From Negaprion brevirostris (Eukaryota): DNA of 64,000 nt. Location: contig JARDVH010000025.1 of the NCBI GenBank assembly GCA_030324005.1, forward strand, positions 118,553,169 through 118,617,168, given 5' to 3'. The translations under genes were made by a program, and so were the position numbers. Each line of letters begins with the position of its first letter. Within the stretch, counting starts at the first letter, position 1. The notes below the pieces were generated by a model. That model made no database searches and had not been told where the DNA came from. It saw nothing but the letters and a program-made list of their open reading frames with translations. Positions 12,627 through 25,140 of the stretch are shown in pieces.

Positions 12627-13540
12627 TTAATTTAATTGGAATTGCCATCCTGTGCCGAGGAAAGTGCGGTCTCTCTCTCTGTACAACATGCTACCTGGTG
12701 GCCATGGCAACTGCGGATCTTCTCCTCATTATTACTGACGTCATATTAAATCAGATCAAATATTATTATTTCCCATTATGCTTCCTTCACATGTATGCAG
12801 TATGTAGCGTGCAAGGTGTCCTGGTCTGCGTTGCCAGAGACTGTTCTGTCTGGTTCACTGTCACTTTCTCCTTTGATCGATTTGTTGCAATTTGTTGCCA
12901 GAAGTTGAGATCCCAATATTGCACCGGCAAAACGGCGGCTGTGGTCCTAGCAACAACGGGAATTCTCCTCTGTCTAAAGAACATCCCCTGGTACTTTACA
13001 TTTCGACCATATGCAATAATCAACAATGTACTGTGGTTCTGTTATACAAGGGTAAACACCTTAACTGATCCCGGATGGCTAGCTTTTGGCTGGTTTGAAA
13101 AAATTTTAACGCCGCTATTCCCATTCATTTTAGTTCTGCTGCTCAACGCTCTGACAGTGAGACATGTTTTAGTGAGTAGCCACGTCCGGAAGGGCCTGAG
13201 GGGTCAGAATAGAGGAAAAGCGAGAGACCCAGAGATGGAGAACAGGAGAAAGTCTATGATTTTACTTTTTGCAATATGTGGCACCTTCATAGTTCTGTGG
13301 TTCGTAAATGTTATATTCTTCTTATATTCTAAAGTTAGAGGCATCGTTCATTCCACAGATTCGGAAGTTGTGTTTCAATATGTAGGATGGATGCTGCGGA
13401 ATTTAAGTTGCTGCACAAATACATTTATTTATGGAGTGACTCAGTCTAAGTTCAGAGAGCAGCTCAAGCAGGCTGTGAAATATCTGCTAACACCAATTGT
13501 CCGACTGATTAATAAATGCTTATCGATATCAAAGAATTAA
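12627..13540 (+). CDS. GPR139-like class A GPCR gene B, coding exon 2 (326 aa spliced protein)
   Basis: Polypyrimidine tract and ttacAG acceptor at 12626; open frame VNLIGIAILCRGKCGLS..AMATADLL..DCSVWFTVTFSFDRFVAICCQK..TPLFPF..DPEMENRRKSMILLF..SCCTNTFIYGVTQSKFRE; seven hydrophobic segments when exon 1 is added. Confidence 0.93.
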
Positions 13541-14180
13541 GTACATTATCAGGATCCCGGATAGCCATTTCAGCCAATGCGGCAGCTTGAGATTTGAATG
13601 AGAGCTCCTTAATACTATCAGCGGAGTTGCCTGTGTGAAATGACAGCCAGTCAGCCAAACAGTGAACTCATGCCGTGATTGAGAGTCGGCCATTGGGCTA
13701 ATGTTTCTACAGTCTGTGCCGTGTACTGATTATTTGACATTCCCACACCTGTTTTCATGCAACTATAGTTTTATTCTGGGCCATAACCAAGGGCAGATAA
13801 GAGTAAATCATCTTGTTGTGAGCCGGTAGTTACATATGGTTCAGATGAATAATGACAAAAGACATGTCAAATCATCCTCGAAATTTGAGAAAATATTTCA
13901 CTAGTTTTTCCAGTTACTTGCAGTACCTGCACACTCAATGTTGGATCTCTGAAAACGCCGTCCATGTATATAATTCGTTTTCATTTAATGTTCTCTGTAT
14001 TGTGAAGTTAGCGTTTGTAAAATTCTAAACATTATGAATACTGGTAAAATGCTCAGCGTTATAAAACATTGACTGTTAAGAAAAAGTCGTTTAGTTTTGT
14101 CTTTGTGCAGGGAAGTTTCAAGCGAAAGAATCCAGTACAAATTTAAACGCTGTATTGAGGGAGAAAGCAAATAGGGTGGC

Positions 14181-14442
14181 TGTGGCAACAGGCTTTAACA
14201 CTTGAATCAAAACATGTTTTGAATGTTAACCAATCAATTTAAAATAAGCATTTGAATCGTATCAGCCTATTGCATTTGAACTTTGATGTTTTGATAATTT
14301 GTATATCAAAGATATTGTTCGAAATTTGCTATGTCGTCTAGACTATAAATGACAACACTTCCAGTTCTAAAGCAGCAGAATCCAAAAGACCACCTGCTTG
14401 CAGCTTGCTCACGGCCCTCTTAGACACACACATACACACACA

Positions 14443-14493
<51 letters not shown>

Positions 14494-14896
14494 ACAACGT
14501 TATGCCATTGCAGCAGCCAGGTTTTATGTCTTAGGATCTCATTTTATTTCTTAGGGGAACAGAAGAAAGCAGCATTAGGGAAGACGGCAATCCACATTGC
14601 ATTTTGAGTGTGCCTAAAATGCTATTTTTTAAAATTGTTATTAAGTGAGAATTGTAATTTTCTAAACATCATTCAATTAGAATAGTATTTTATTCGCTTC
14701 TGTTAATAGTTTAGTTAACCTGTTTACTACTGGTTAGAAAATAAAGTGTTCCTTGTTTCTTTTAAAGAATGAGCCTCAAGTAGTGATTTGCGATTCAACC
14801 ACTAAAAATTGCTGTAGGCAGATTATTCAATTTCTTACATACTTTTAAAAAAGGAACGTAATTATCTTTGAGTGGTTGAGTGTTAGTTCTCCAACA
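14181..14896 (+). mobile_element. Possible solo LTR
   Basis: Starts TGT, ends ACA, has CCAAT, TATAAA (~14344) and AATAAA (~14740) in LTR order; no coding remnants. Confidence 0.4.
14424..14495. repeat. (CA)n(CT)n(CA)n compound microsatellite
   Basis: Directly visible. Confidence 0.95.
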
Positions 14897-15360
14897 GGAG
14901 ATTGCCGTCCCCTGTGTAAAACTTCGAAAGCGGATAGAAGTACTTTTGCCCACATGTCAACCACCTCCTAAAATTTTGTCCAGTCACTCAAACTACCTGT
15001 GCACTTTGAAGTCTTGTGTGATAATTTTTCACAACATCGTTTCACAGCAAGCATTGGACCATCAGCACACTTCTGAACAGGAAATCAGTCCCATTTATCA
15101 GTCCCGTCTAATTGAATGAAACGGCCATCATTCACCAGGGAGAGCTCACTGAATGTCACAAACTGCTTTCAGGCAGCGGGAAGGGCTGGTAGGACAGTTA
15201 CATGACAAGTCGCACGGTTAATTGATGCATCTGTGAGTTCCCGTATGAAGCTCCCTGAATNNNNNNNNNNNNNNNNNNNNNNNNNNNNNNNNNNNNNNNN
15301 NNNNNNNNNNNNNNNNNNNNNNNNNNNNNNNNNNNNNNNNNNNNNNNNNNNNNNNNNNNN

Positions 15361-15780
15361 CTGCTGCTTAATGACGCCAGAGGTATATCTGCAGTTGTGC
15401 AGGAATTTGGTGAGACCGCATATTTATTATTGCGCACAAAATACAACTCCTCGTTAATGGAGCCGTGCCAGCGCCTCAGCGGCAGTTTGGCGAAAGTTTC
15501 GCAGAATAACTCAAGGAATGGGCCAGACAAGGGCAATAGCCATCAGCGTTGAGAGCAGTAAGAAGATGGAAAACTTCAGGATACTAAGAGATCTTGATCA
15601 TGTGGAGGTGGGGAACGGATTTGCTCGACTGGGGAAGTATTGACTGAGGGTTGACTGTTTAAGATAAATTATCGTCAATTATTAGAAGGGCGAGGAGTTG
15701 ACTTCTTTCAGAATTTAGTGATTTATTGAAATGTTCTTTCTGAGAAGGCATTGGGGGAGAGTGTTCGAGTATTTTATAGG
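15361..15780 (+). mobile_element. Old CR1 LINE 3' fragment
   Basis: EVYLQLCRNLVRPHIYYCAQ resembles the CR1 ORF2 C-terminal LVRPHLEYCVQFW motif. Confidence 0.65.
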
Positions 15781-16208
15781 AAAAGTTACGGAGAATCAAC
15801 ATAGGTGTGCGTACGTTTGGGCGTGTTGTTGTGCGTGTTTGGCAGTGGTGGTGGGTTATGCTTGTCGGAGAGGAAGATGAAGACAGAATCCCACAGAATT
15901 ATACTGATAAAGATTAAAATGTTTGCATATGCTTTTGAACGTCGCGACTCTCTGTATTTCCATCTGCGTGTGTGTATGTATCTTTGTGTGATGAAGAGAG
16001 AGTCTAGCATCGGGAGATTTTGAAATTTGAAGATGTCAGTTTGTGCATGCATGTTTATAAGTATGTTTTTTTAAAATATGTAGATAAAGAAATAAAGGTT
16101 GATAATCCTGGAAATCTGCATTTGTGCTTACATGCGTCTATGACTGTCAAAGTGTATCTAATGCTTATCGTGTACAGCAAGTGCAGATCTTTTAGCAGTT
16201 GAACAATT

Positions 16209-16894
16209 TGTCATAAGCCAGGTCAGAAATTCCAAGATATTTTATCAAGCCAGCCTAGACCATACGTTTTGCTATTTGAATTTGACGAGGGTGAGCATGA
16301 GATGAATCAATAAAGGTACAAATTTTATTTAAGAATAGAGTTGACACATAGGAAGAACATTAACAGTACATTTTACTGATTACAAAGAAAAAAACCCATA
16401 TTATTGTATTAAACCTGATAACTAGATGCGCTGCTCCAATACGGTAAACCTCCTTAAAAATATACATCTGGTACAGGTTTAACACAGAAACGAAGAATAC
16501 TCAATTAATGCTGTTGGATTTTGCAGCGCTCTTGACACACATTCAGGCAAGCTTGAAGGTAGAATTGCTTCTCAAAACACCAAGAAGAGAGAGAAAAAAG
16601 AACTTGAAAACCAGGACGGCCTCGAAATTGGAACGAAACTGAAAGTAGAACAAAAAATCCGTCCCATCTGATCTATCAATCATTTTTGACGCAATAATTC
16701 AAAAAGCCACAAATGCCCAGAAAGTGCGTTAGGGCCAGGGTAAGAATAAACAAATACACATTTACCATTAAAGCAGCAACATAACTACATTGAATCAAGC
16801 AGCTCTGTGCCAATAACAATAACAAAAGGCTTGCTTACAAAGTGTGGAGAACTTAATTAAAAATATATATTTTTAAAGGCACAGTACCATCATA
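16209..16894 (-). mobile_element. Solo LTR-like element, same family as 61709-62580 in opposite orientation
   Basis: tgtcataagccaggtcagaaattccaag...gaatttgacgagggtga matches the reverse complement of 62490-62580; other end (tttttaaaggcacagtaccatca) matches 61709-61735. Confidence 0.55.
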
Positions 16895-17261
16895 ATGTTT
16901 CACTCTGTGTATTTGTGGATGTTTCACGTTGTGGGTGAGACACGAATAGTGTACAGCAGGTGCAGATTTTATTAATTGAATTTATCTCCTTATGAGTGCG
17001 TGTTTCATGATCAGCGTGAGACCGAGGGAGTACATAATGGGTGCAGATGTTAAAAAGCGAACATTGCCCTTGCATATCTGCATGAGTGTGCTTTTGCAAA
17101 CTTCAGCCAGTTTGTGCGCCTGAATGTTTTTTTTAGATAAAGCACCAAAACATAACTTTATAGAAGCAGGGGAACAAATTTAAGACCGAAATGAGAAGGT
17201 ATTTTTCTCCCTCAGTTCGTTCTGAGTCTTCTTGCTACAGTTTTTGATGGGGCAGAGTCCC

Positions 17262-17472
17262 TAGGTGCACTGTGGAAGAATTTAACATGACCATTGCATC
17301 TAAACCGCACGTCTTTTGGACTATGGAAGGATAGCAGAGCACCCCGATAAAACACCCGGGGACACAGAAAGAAATTGTGAGCACCACACAAGCAGTGAGC
17401 CGAGGCTGGAATTGAACTCTGGTTCCTGGTGCTATAAGGAAGCATCGCTAACCACTGTGCCACCTGACACCC
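17262..17472 (-). mobile_element. HE1/V-SINE-type SINE
   Basis: Reverse tRNA head (ctaaccactgtgccacc) and core (gcacccc.gataaaacacc, gtcttttggactatggaagg). Confidence 0.8.
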
Positions 17473-18184
17473 ACTAGAAGTCAGTCAAAAGAATGTTAAG
17501 AAAAAAGTAATATATGATCTTAATATCTACTCCTCAGAAAATGTGTTCAGTGTTTGGAAAGATAATTCAGGAAAACACGTAGGAATATTGTAGCATCAGC
17601 TATTCAGCACGAGATGCACGTGGAAGACAGCATTTGAAGAACGGTAATATGTTTGATCAACGACAATTAGCAATCGTGGATACACCTCAGGAGTAGATGC
17701 ATTTAACATTGACTTTCAACTTGACATACGAGACTGCCAAACAAACTGATGACCCATGTCAATGCCGGTACGGGATAAAGAACAGAATGAATCTTATGAT
17801 TAATACGAACGCAAGTAGCAAGTATGCTCATGACATAAAAGTGGGCATGGGGTAGGTCACAATGCACTGGACAGGAAACTATACGCTCACCAGTCGCAAA
17901 AGAATGGCAATTAGGGATGAGGATTAGAACTGCTAATCTAAGAGCATGTTTTATAACTCCCCCCCGCAATGCGCCCTAAATGCAATTCATTAATGCGTAC
18001 TACAATCCAAAAATATCCTAAGTACTGAATTTTGATTAACTTCGCCATATATCTCCACTTAAAAAAAAAACCTTGCCCGCTCAAGATTATTGAATCTTAA
18101 AGCAAATGCTTCGAACACTACCAATAAAACTCAGGTCAGACGCTACTGAAAGCCTTCTCTTCCAGGGCAAAACAGTTTAACTTT

Positions 18185-18474
18185 ATTTTATTGGCGTCAC
18201 ATGTAGCCTTACGTTAACACGGCAATGAAGTTACTGTGAAAATCCCCTAGTTGCCACCCTCCAGCGTCTGTTCGGATACACTGAGGTAGAATTTAGCATG
18301 GTTAATTCACCTAACCAGCGCATCTTTCGGAGCTTGGGAGGAAACCGGATCACTGGAGGACACCCACGCAGATACGGGAGAGCATGCAGTCTCTGCACAG
18401 ACAGTGACCCAAGCTGGGAATCAAACCTGGTGCAGTGAGATAGTAACATTAGCCACTGTGCCACTGTGCTGCCC
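18185..18474 (-). mobile_element. HE1-type SINE, variant with ggggattttcacagtaacttcattgc tail
   Basis: Reverse head agccactgtgccactgtgctgccc, core gggaggaaaccgga, tail caatgaagttactgtgaaaatcccctag. Confidence 0.85.
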
Positions 18475-18482
18475 ACAGCACA

Positions 18483-18722
18483 GGGTTTCCTCCGGGTTCT
18501 CTGAATGCCTTCAGTTGTCCAAAGGTGCACAGGTCAAGTGGATTGGTCATGCTAATTTGTCCCTTGGTGTCCCAAGATATGTTGGTTCGATGGATTAGCC
18601 GTGCTAAGTGTGTGGGCTTGCAGGAATAGGGTGGGGGAGAAGTCTGTGCAAGATACCCTGTCGGAGAGTTAGTGTAGACCTGACAGGCCAAATAGCCATT
18701 TTTTCACTGTAGAAATTTGATG
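18483..18722 (+). mobile_element. 5'-truncated HE1-type SINE
   Basis: gggtttcctccggg...gtggattggtcatgctaatttgtcccttggtgtcc, CR1-like tail. Confidence 0.75.
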
Positions 18723-18883
18723 ATTCATTTACTTTACCATGGAAATCCCTATCGTTTCAATCTCCACCATGAATTTGAAAGCATCTTCTATTGAAAAGAT
18801 TGAGTCTGCCATGTCCTGATCAATTATCTAAAACTCATCACATTTAGAAGAAATCTCTTAATCTTTATCAGGTATTCATAATT

Positions 18884-19390
18884 CATAGAATCCCTAAAGT
18901 GCAGAGGAGATGATTTGGTGCGTCGAATCTGCATCGACTCTCCGACAGAGCATCTTACCGTCACCCGTAAACACACGCATTTACCCAGCTATTGCCCCGA
19001 ACATATTTGGACACTAAGGGGCAACTCACCATGGCCAAAGCACTTAATGACGTCTTTGGACACGAAGAGGCAATTTAGCACGGTTAATACACCTAACCAC
19101 ATCTTTGCACATTAAGGAGCAATTTAGCATGGCCAATGCATTTAACCACATCTTTGACACTAAGTGACAATTTGTGATGGCTAATCTACCTAATCTCCAC
19201 ATTTATGGACAGTAAGGGGCAATTTAGAATGGTCAATCCACCTAGCCACATTTAAAAGGTCATCCTCCTCATCTGCACATCTTTGGACACTAAGGGGCAA
19301 TTTAGCATGGTGGATCCTCGTAACCTTTATATCTTTGGGCAGTAAGGGACAACTTAACAAGGCAAATCCAACCAACCGGCACATCTTTGT
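18884..19390 (-). repeat. SINE tail followed by a tandem array (~7 units of ~49 bp) amplified from the SINE core
   Basis: Unit catctttggacactaaggggcaatttagcatggccaatccacctaacc repeated from ~19001 to ~19390. Confidence 0.85.
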
Positions 19391-19497
19391 CAAATTGTTT
19401 AATATTGATATTTAATGATGTGAGAATCGTAAGGAGTGAGTCATGTTTGAAACTAAGATAGGAGCTGAAACAGAATTCCAGTATGCCAGACTGAATT

Positions 19498-20417
19498 CTA
19501 GACTGGTTTTGCTTTACTGTCGAACAATCTCCTGATCAATGTCCATGGAGAGTTCAGCACCTTCTTTAGCTCTTCCCTGAATTTCCTCTGGGTCGTTGCA
19601 TAAATACATGTGTTTGTGCAGGAATTCACAAGTTTTATTATAGCTCCGGTTTCAGTGGCGATATATGCAGGCGTTGTGCGGTCCCCTCGGTAGTAAGTTG
19701 TGTTTGTCAGTCTTGTGGTTAAAAAGCTCACATTGGCTGTCAGCCACAGCAATATAAAACTGCCCGAGATAGTGAAGAGTAAAATGATGGATTTCCTTCT
19801 GCTCTCCATCTCGGAATCACTCCGATTCTCAGTGTTGTGACCCCGGAGTCCTCTACGGGCTCTGCTGGCCATCAAAACATGTCTGACTGTCAAAGAATTA
19901 AACAGGACAATGACAGTAAACGGGAGCCAAAGGCGCCAGATGGCATGAAACCAGAAGCTCACTGCACCTAAAGGTGATGAAAAAAATGCCAGATTTGCCC
20001 GGCAGCCCCACCATAATTTGTTAATGATCTGTTCAGACTCATAGGCAAAAAATACGGGGATGTTCTTTATAAGGATTAAGATATAGATCAGTGTTATAAC
20101 CAGAGCCGCAGTTCTCTGGGTGCAATATTTCGTTTTAAATTTCTGGGAGCAGATGATTATAAAACGGTCAAATGTGAAGGAGACGGTGAACCAGACGGAC
20201 AAGTCGAGGGTAACAACAGTCGTGTACAGAATGAACTTGCACACGGGAGTGTGGGACAGGAAAGAAAATGGGAAATGGTAACTGAAAATATAATACATCA
20301 TTACATTGATGATCAAGACCAATAGATCTGCCGATGCCATGTTTACCATATAGACAGTGATACATTTGGAGAGGCCACAGTTTCCTCGGAAAAGGATCAC
20401 AATCGTCATTAGGTTTG
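19498..20417 (-). CDS. GPR139-like class A GPCR gene C, coding exon 2 (329 aa spliced protein)
   Basis: Acceptor tttataacAG at 20418; ANLMTIVILFRGNCGLSKC..NMASADLL..DLSVWFTVSFTFDRFIIICSQK..DSEMESRRKSIILLF..NSCTNTCIYATTQRKFRE; uninterrupted frame to TAG. Confidence 0.93.
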
Positions 20418-20573
20418 CTGTTATAAACAGAGATGTAAACACATAAGTACTACAATCTAATGGATACATACAGAGTTCCTGCTTGACAGCCACTAACTGT
20501 GGTTAATGTGATTATCCACACAAAGCCACATGAGACAGCACTTATATTGGAGCCATTAAGATTTTTTTCTTAA

Positions 20574-20840
20574 TTTAGTTTATTAGACTCACAAGTAGGC
20601 TTACATTAACAATGCCACACTCCAGCTCCTGCTTGATTACACTGAGGCAGTGTTTAGCACGGCCAATGTACCTAACCAGCACGTCTTTCAGACTGTGGGA
20701 TGAAACCAGAGCACCCGGAAGAAACCCACGCAGACACGGGGAGAATATGCAGACCTCACACAGATAGTCACCCAAGCCGGGAATCGAACCCGTGTCCCTG
20801 GCACTGTGAGGTACCAGTGCCACTCCTGGGAAACCTGCCG
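20574..20840 (-). mobile_element. HE1-type SINE inside the intron of gene C
   Basis: agcacccggaagaaacccacgcagacacggggagaa, gggaatcgaaccc B-box in reverse. Confidence 0.85.
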
Positions 20841-21119
20841 ACACCATCTCATAAACCACTGCAGCCCCGAAGTCTGCATCGGATAGCAAGGTGGTTCAGA
20901 AATCCACTAACACCCCTGTGTGCAAACTTGAAAAAATGTTGCAACAATCAGTGAGAATTTTGGGTGAGAGGAAGCTGCCAAGTACAGGCAAAGAGTTCAC
21001 GAGTTGGTTTCAGCAACCATTGGCAGAGTCACACAGGAAATAGCATCCCCATTGAATAAGCAGGAAGAACAGGGAGGGGATTAATACAGGTCAACAACAT
21101 GTAAATTACAATAACTCAC

Positions 21120-21189
21120 CGGGAACACCAAAAGATACGAGAATCGGGTAGTAAATCTCCCTTATCTGCAGAATAGTAAGTTGTCCCAT
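21120..21189 (-). CDS. GPR139-like GPCR gene C, coding exon 1 (MGQLTILQIREIYYPILVSFGVP, phase-1 donor)
   Basis: ATG at 21189, YYP-x-L..GVP motif, donor G|GTGAGT at 21120/21119; 702-nt intron; in frame with exon 2. Confidence 0.9.
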
Positions 21190-21272
21190 TTTCTGAGGGA
21201 GTGAATGAACATTGACTGACAAAGCTGAAAGTCTGTGATTAGTGCACGGCTTGAGGTACTGGGAGTGAACTC

Positions 21273-21349
21273 TATTTTTATGTACAAAGTAATCCTCCAG
21301 GGAGCAGTCAGGTTTCATTAGTATACATTAGTTACATCCATTTAACACA
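21273..21349 (-). promoter_or_regulatory. Putative proximal promoter of gene C
   Basis: Sense strand: TAACTAATG (21334-21326), TAATGA (21320-21315), CTCCCTGGAGGA (O/E-like, T at 21303), CATAAAAATA (21282-21273); 93 nt to ATG. Confidence 0.65.
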
Positions 21350-21539
21350 TAGACTGGATTAGCTCATTTATTTATTTGATGCCCCAGAACAAGAGAAGCT
21401 GGTGATTTGTTTAATGGACAATGTAATGCAAACACCCCCAATATAGTATTTACTTCACAAACGGAGAGTAGAATCTGTCAGTATTGGTGCTGCCTGTTTT
21501 AATTCAACACAGCTGGAGACAATTCCGCTTAGAGTCATC

Positions 21540-21830
21540 ACACAGTGGCACAGCGGTTAGCACTTCTGCCTCACGGTACGAGAGATCTGAGTTCAATTCC
21601 CAGCTTGAGTCACTGTATGCGCAGAGTCAGCACGTTCCCCCGCATCTGTGTGGGTTTCCTCCGGATGCTCCGGCTTCTTCCCACAGTCCAAGCGATGTAT
21701 TGTTTAGGTGCATTGGCCAGGCTAAATTCTCCTTCAGTGTGCCTGAACAGGCGCTGAAGTGTGGTTCTTGGGGATTTTCACACTAACTTCAATGCAGTGT
21801 TAATTTAAGCTCACTCGTAATACTGTAACA
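21540..21830 (+). mobile_element. HE1-type SINE
   Basis: cagtggcacagcggttagcact head, gtgggtttcctccggatgctccgg core, ggggattttcacac tail. Confidence 0.85.
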
Positions 21831-21869
21831 TAATATGATGGAATTTTTTTGTTAGGGTGGATAGTTATG

Positions 21870-22830
21870 TAGCTGATTCTGAAACCAGGATCCCGAATCT
21901 CAATAAAGATAACTATGATGGTCTGAGACATGAATTGGTTATGATGGACTGGGAAACATTAGTGAAAGGAAGGACAACGGACAGGCAATGACAGGCATTT
22001 AGAGAATGAATAGATGAACTCCAAAAGTTGTTTATTTCTGTTTAGCACAAGACCATTGTGGGAACTGTTACCAAACCATGGCTTACAAGGGAAATTAGAG
22101 ATAGTTTAGGTTCAAAGTTGAAACGTACAAATTTTCGACAAAAAAGCAATAGACCTGAAAATTGGTAGCAGTTTCACATTCAGCAAAGAAGGAACAAGGA
22201 ATTGCTTAAGAAGGCGAAAATAGAGTATTAAAATTAGATGGCAGGAAGCATAAAGACTGACTGTAAAATGTATTTGAGTACATGAAGAAAAAAAGACTGG
22301 TAAACACAAATGTGTGTCTCTTACAGGAAAGTGGTTGTGGATTTAAATTTGTACTTTGTTTCTCTCTTCACGAGGGAGGACATGGATAATGTATTGGAAG
22401 TTCTGAGAGAAAAAAACAAAGTAAGGAGCTGAAGGAAACCAGCATCGTTGGAGAAATCATTTTCGGGAAATCGATTTGATTGAAGATGGTTAAATCTCAA
22501 GGTCCTGATAATTTCATCACAGAGCACTTACAGAGGTGGCCCTGAAAATAGTAGATCCATTGTGCTAATTGTCCGAAAATCTTTGGATTCTGGGCTTGTT
22601 TCTACCGATTGGAGGGTAGCTAATGGACAAAAGTTGATTCAGAAAGAATGTTCCAAACGGTGGGATAGTCCAAAACTAGGAGTCCTAATTTGAAGGTAAG
22701 GGATGAACCTTTAAGGACTGAGATGAGTAGATTTTTTTTCACCCACAGAGTGGTGAATGTGTGAGATTGACAACCAGAGAAATTAGTTGAGGCTGGAGGA
22801 TTGTGTGATTTTAAGAAGAAATGACATGAG
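21870..22830 (+). mobile_element. CR1 LINE ORF2 fragment with internal deletion joined to its 3' end
   Basis: LNLNK.NYDG.R.EL...DW, PWLTREI, GL..DKS.GPD..H.R.L.EVA, DWRVAN motifs, then abrupt jump to 3' region (ttcacccacagagtggtgaat). Confidence 0.8.
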
Positions 22831-24369
22831 TTGATTTTGATTTGACTTATTATTGTCACGTGCATTAGTATATAGTGAAAAGTATTCTTTCTTGTGCATT
22901 ATAAAGGCAAAGCATACCGTCCATAGAGAAAGAAACAAGAGAGTGCAGAAAGTAGCGTTATGGCCATAGCTCGGGAAAGGTCAACTTAATGCGAGGTTAG
23001 TGCATTCATAAATATGTTGGCAGCAGGGAAGAAACTGTTCTTGAGTCAGTTGGTATGTGACCTCAGACTTCTGTGTTTTTCCTGATGGAAGAAGGTGGAA
23101 GGGAGAATGTCCAAGATGCCTGGGATCCTTAATTATGCTGGCTGCTTTGCCAAGGCAGCGGGAAGTGTAGACAGAGTTAATGCTTGGGATGCTGGCTTGC
23201 ATGATGGATTAGATTAAATTCACAACCTTTTGTTGTTTCTTGCAGTCTTGGGCAGAACAGCAGTCATACCAAGTTGAGATACAACCAGATAGAATGCTTC
23301 CTATGGTGCATCTGTGAAATTTGGTGAGATTCATAGTTTACATGCCAAATTTCCTTAGTCTTCTGAGAAAGTAGAGGTATTGGTGGGATTTTTTAACCAT
23401 AGTGTCGGCATGGGAGGACTCGGACAGGTTGTTGGTGATCTGGACACCGAAAAGCTTGACGCGCTTGACCCTTTCTACATTGTCCCCATTGATGAAGACA
23501 GGGGCATTTTCTCCTCTACGCTTCCTGAAGTCAATGACGATCTTCTTCATTTTGCTGACATTAAGGGAGGAATTATTATTCTTGCACCAGTTCATCAGAT
23601 TCCCTATCTCATTCTTGTACTCTGTCTTGTCATTGTTGGAGATCCGACCCACTACAGAGGTGTCATCAGCAAACTTGAAAATTGGATTGGAAGGGGATTT
23701 GGCCGCAGAGTCATAGGTATATAAGGAGTATGGTAGGGGGCTGAGAACACAGCCTTGTGGGGCACCAGTGTTGAGGATGACTGTGGAGGAAGTGTTGTTG
23801 TCTATCCTTCCTGATTGTGGTCTGAGAGTTCGGAAGTTCAGGATCCAGCTGCAGAGGGAGGAGACAAAGTCTAGGCCACAGATGTTAAAGATGAGTTTCA
23901 TAGGAATATTGGTGTTGAAGGCCGAGCTGTAGTCAATAAATAGGAGTCTGACATAGGTGTCTTTGTTATCTAGGTGTTCCAGGGTTGAGTGGAGGGCCAG
24001 GAAAATGGCGTCTGCTGTGCACCTGTTGCGGCTGTAGGCAAACCGTAGTGGATCCAGACAATCAGATAATTGATTCATGCCATGACTAACCTTTCAAAGC
24101 ACTTCACAATGATGGATGTCAGAGCCACCGGCTGATAGTCATCAAGGCACAATGCTTGGCTTTTCTTTGGTACCAGGATGATGGTCATCTTATTGAAGCA
24201 GATAGGACCTCAGATTGTTATAAAGAGAGATCAAAGATGTCTGTGAATACCCCCACCAGCTGATCCGCACAGGATCTAAGTGCACGTCCAGGTATTCAAT
24301 CCAGGCCAGTTGTTTTCCCTGGGTTGACCTTCAAGAAAGCTGCTTTGACATCTGCAATAGTCACCTCAG
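22830..24369 (-). mobile_element. Rex1/Babar-clade non-LTR retrotransposon, RT region and 3' end
   Basis: ORF 23338-24078: [51 protein letters not shown]; (aaatc)n-like 3' tail at ~22830. Confidence 0.9.
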
Positions 24370-24469
24370 NNNNNNNNNNNNNNNNNNNNNNNNNNNNNNN
24401 NNNNNNNNNNNNNNNNNNNNNNNNNNNNNNNNNNNNNNNNNNNNNNNNNNNNNNNNNNNNNNNNNNNNN

Positions 24470-25140
24470 TCAGACTTCTGTATCTTTTCCCGATGGAAGA
24501 AGGTGGAAGAGAATATGTCTGGGATGCGTGGTGTCCTTAATTGTGCTAGCTGCTTTGCTGAGTCAGTGGTAATTGAGTCAATGGATGGAAGGATGGTTTT
24601 GGTGATGGATTGTGCTACATTATTGACATTTTGGAGTTTCTTGCGGTCTTGGGCAGACTAAGAGCCGTAACAAACTGTGATGCATCCAGAAAGATTGCTT
24701 TCAATGGCTCATCTGGAAAAGTTGGTGAGAGTAGTAGCTGTTGTGCCAATTTTCCTTAGTCTCCTGAGGGTGTAGAGGCTTTCTTATCTATAGTGTCGGC
24801 ATGTCTGGGGCCAGGAAAGATTGTGTGTGATCTGGGCACATAAACGCTTGAAGCTTTCGACCGTTTTACTTCATCTCTGTTAATGTAGACAGAGACATGT
24901 TCTCCACTGTCCTTCTGAGCACGATGACAACCTCCTTCGTTTTGTTGACATTGAAAGACAGAAAATTTCCATCGCACCAGTTCACCAGATTCTCTATCTT
25001 CTTTTCCTGTATTCTGTCTCTTCGTTGTCTGAGATCCGACCCACAATTGTGGTGTCATCAGCAAACTTGAAAATCGGGGCAAAGGAAAATTTGGCCACAC
25101 GTGTATAAGGAGTATAGTAAAGGGCTGTGGGTCCAGCCTC
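24470..25140 (-). mobile_element. Second, diverged Rex1/Babar fragment
   Basis: Collinear with 23064-23760 (gatggaagaaggtggaag, gtgtcatcagcaaacttgaaaat) but with many substitutions and indels. Confidence 0.85.

Noticed and set aside
19001-19390. Regularly spaced repeats resembling a CRISPR array
   Set aside because: Contiguous tandem units derived from a SINE, no unique spacers, eukaryotic DNA, no cas genes
24470-25140. Assembly duplication of the adjacent Rex1/Babar copy across the N gap
   Set aside because: Too many substitutions and indels relative to 23064-23760; better explained as an independent insertion
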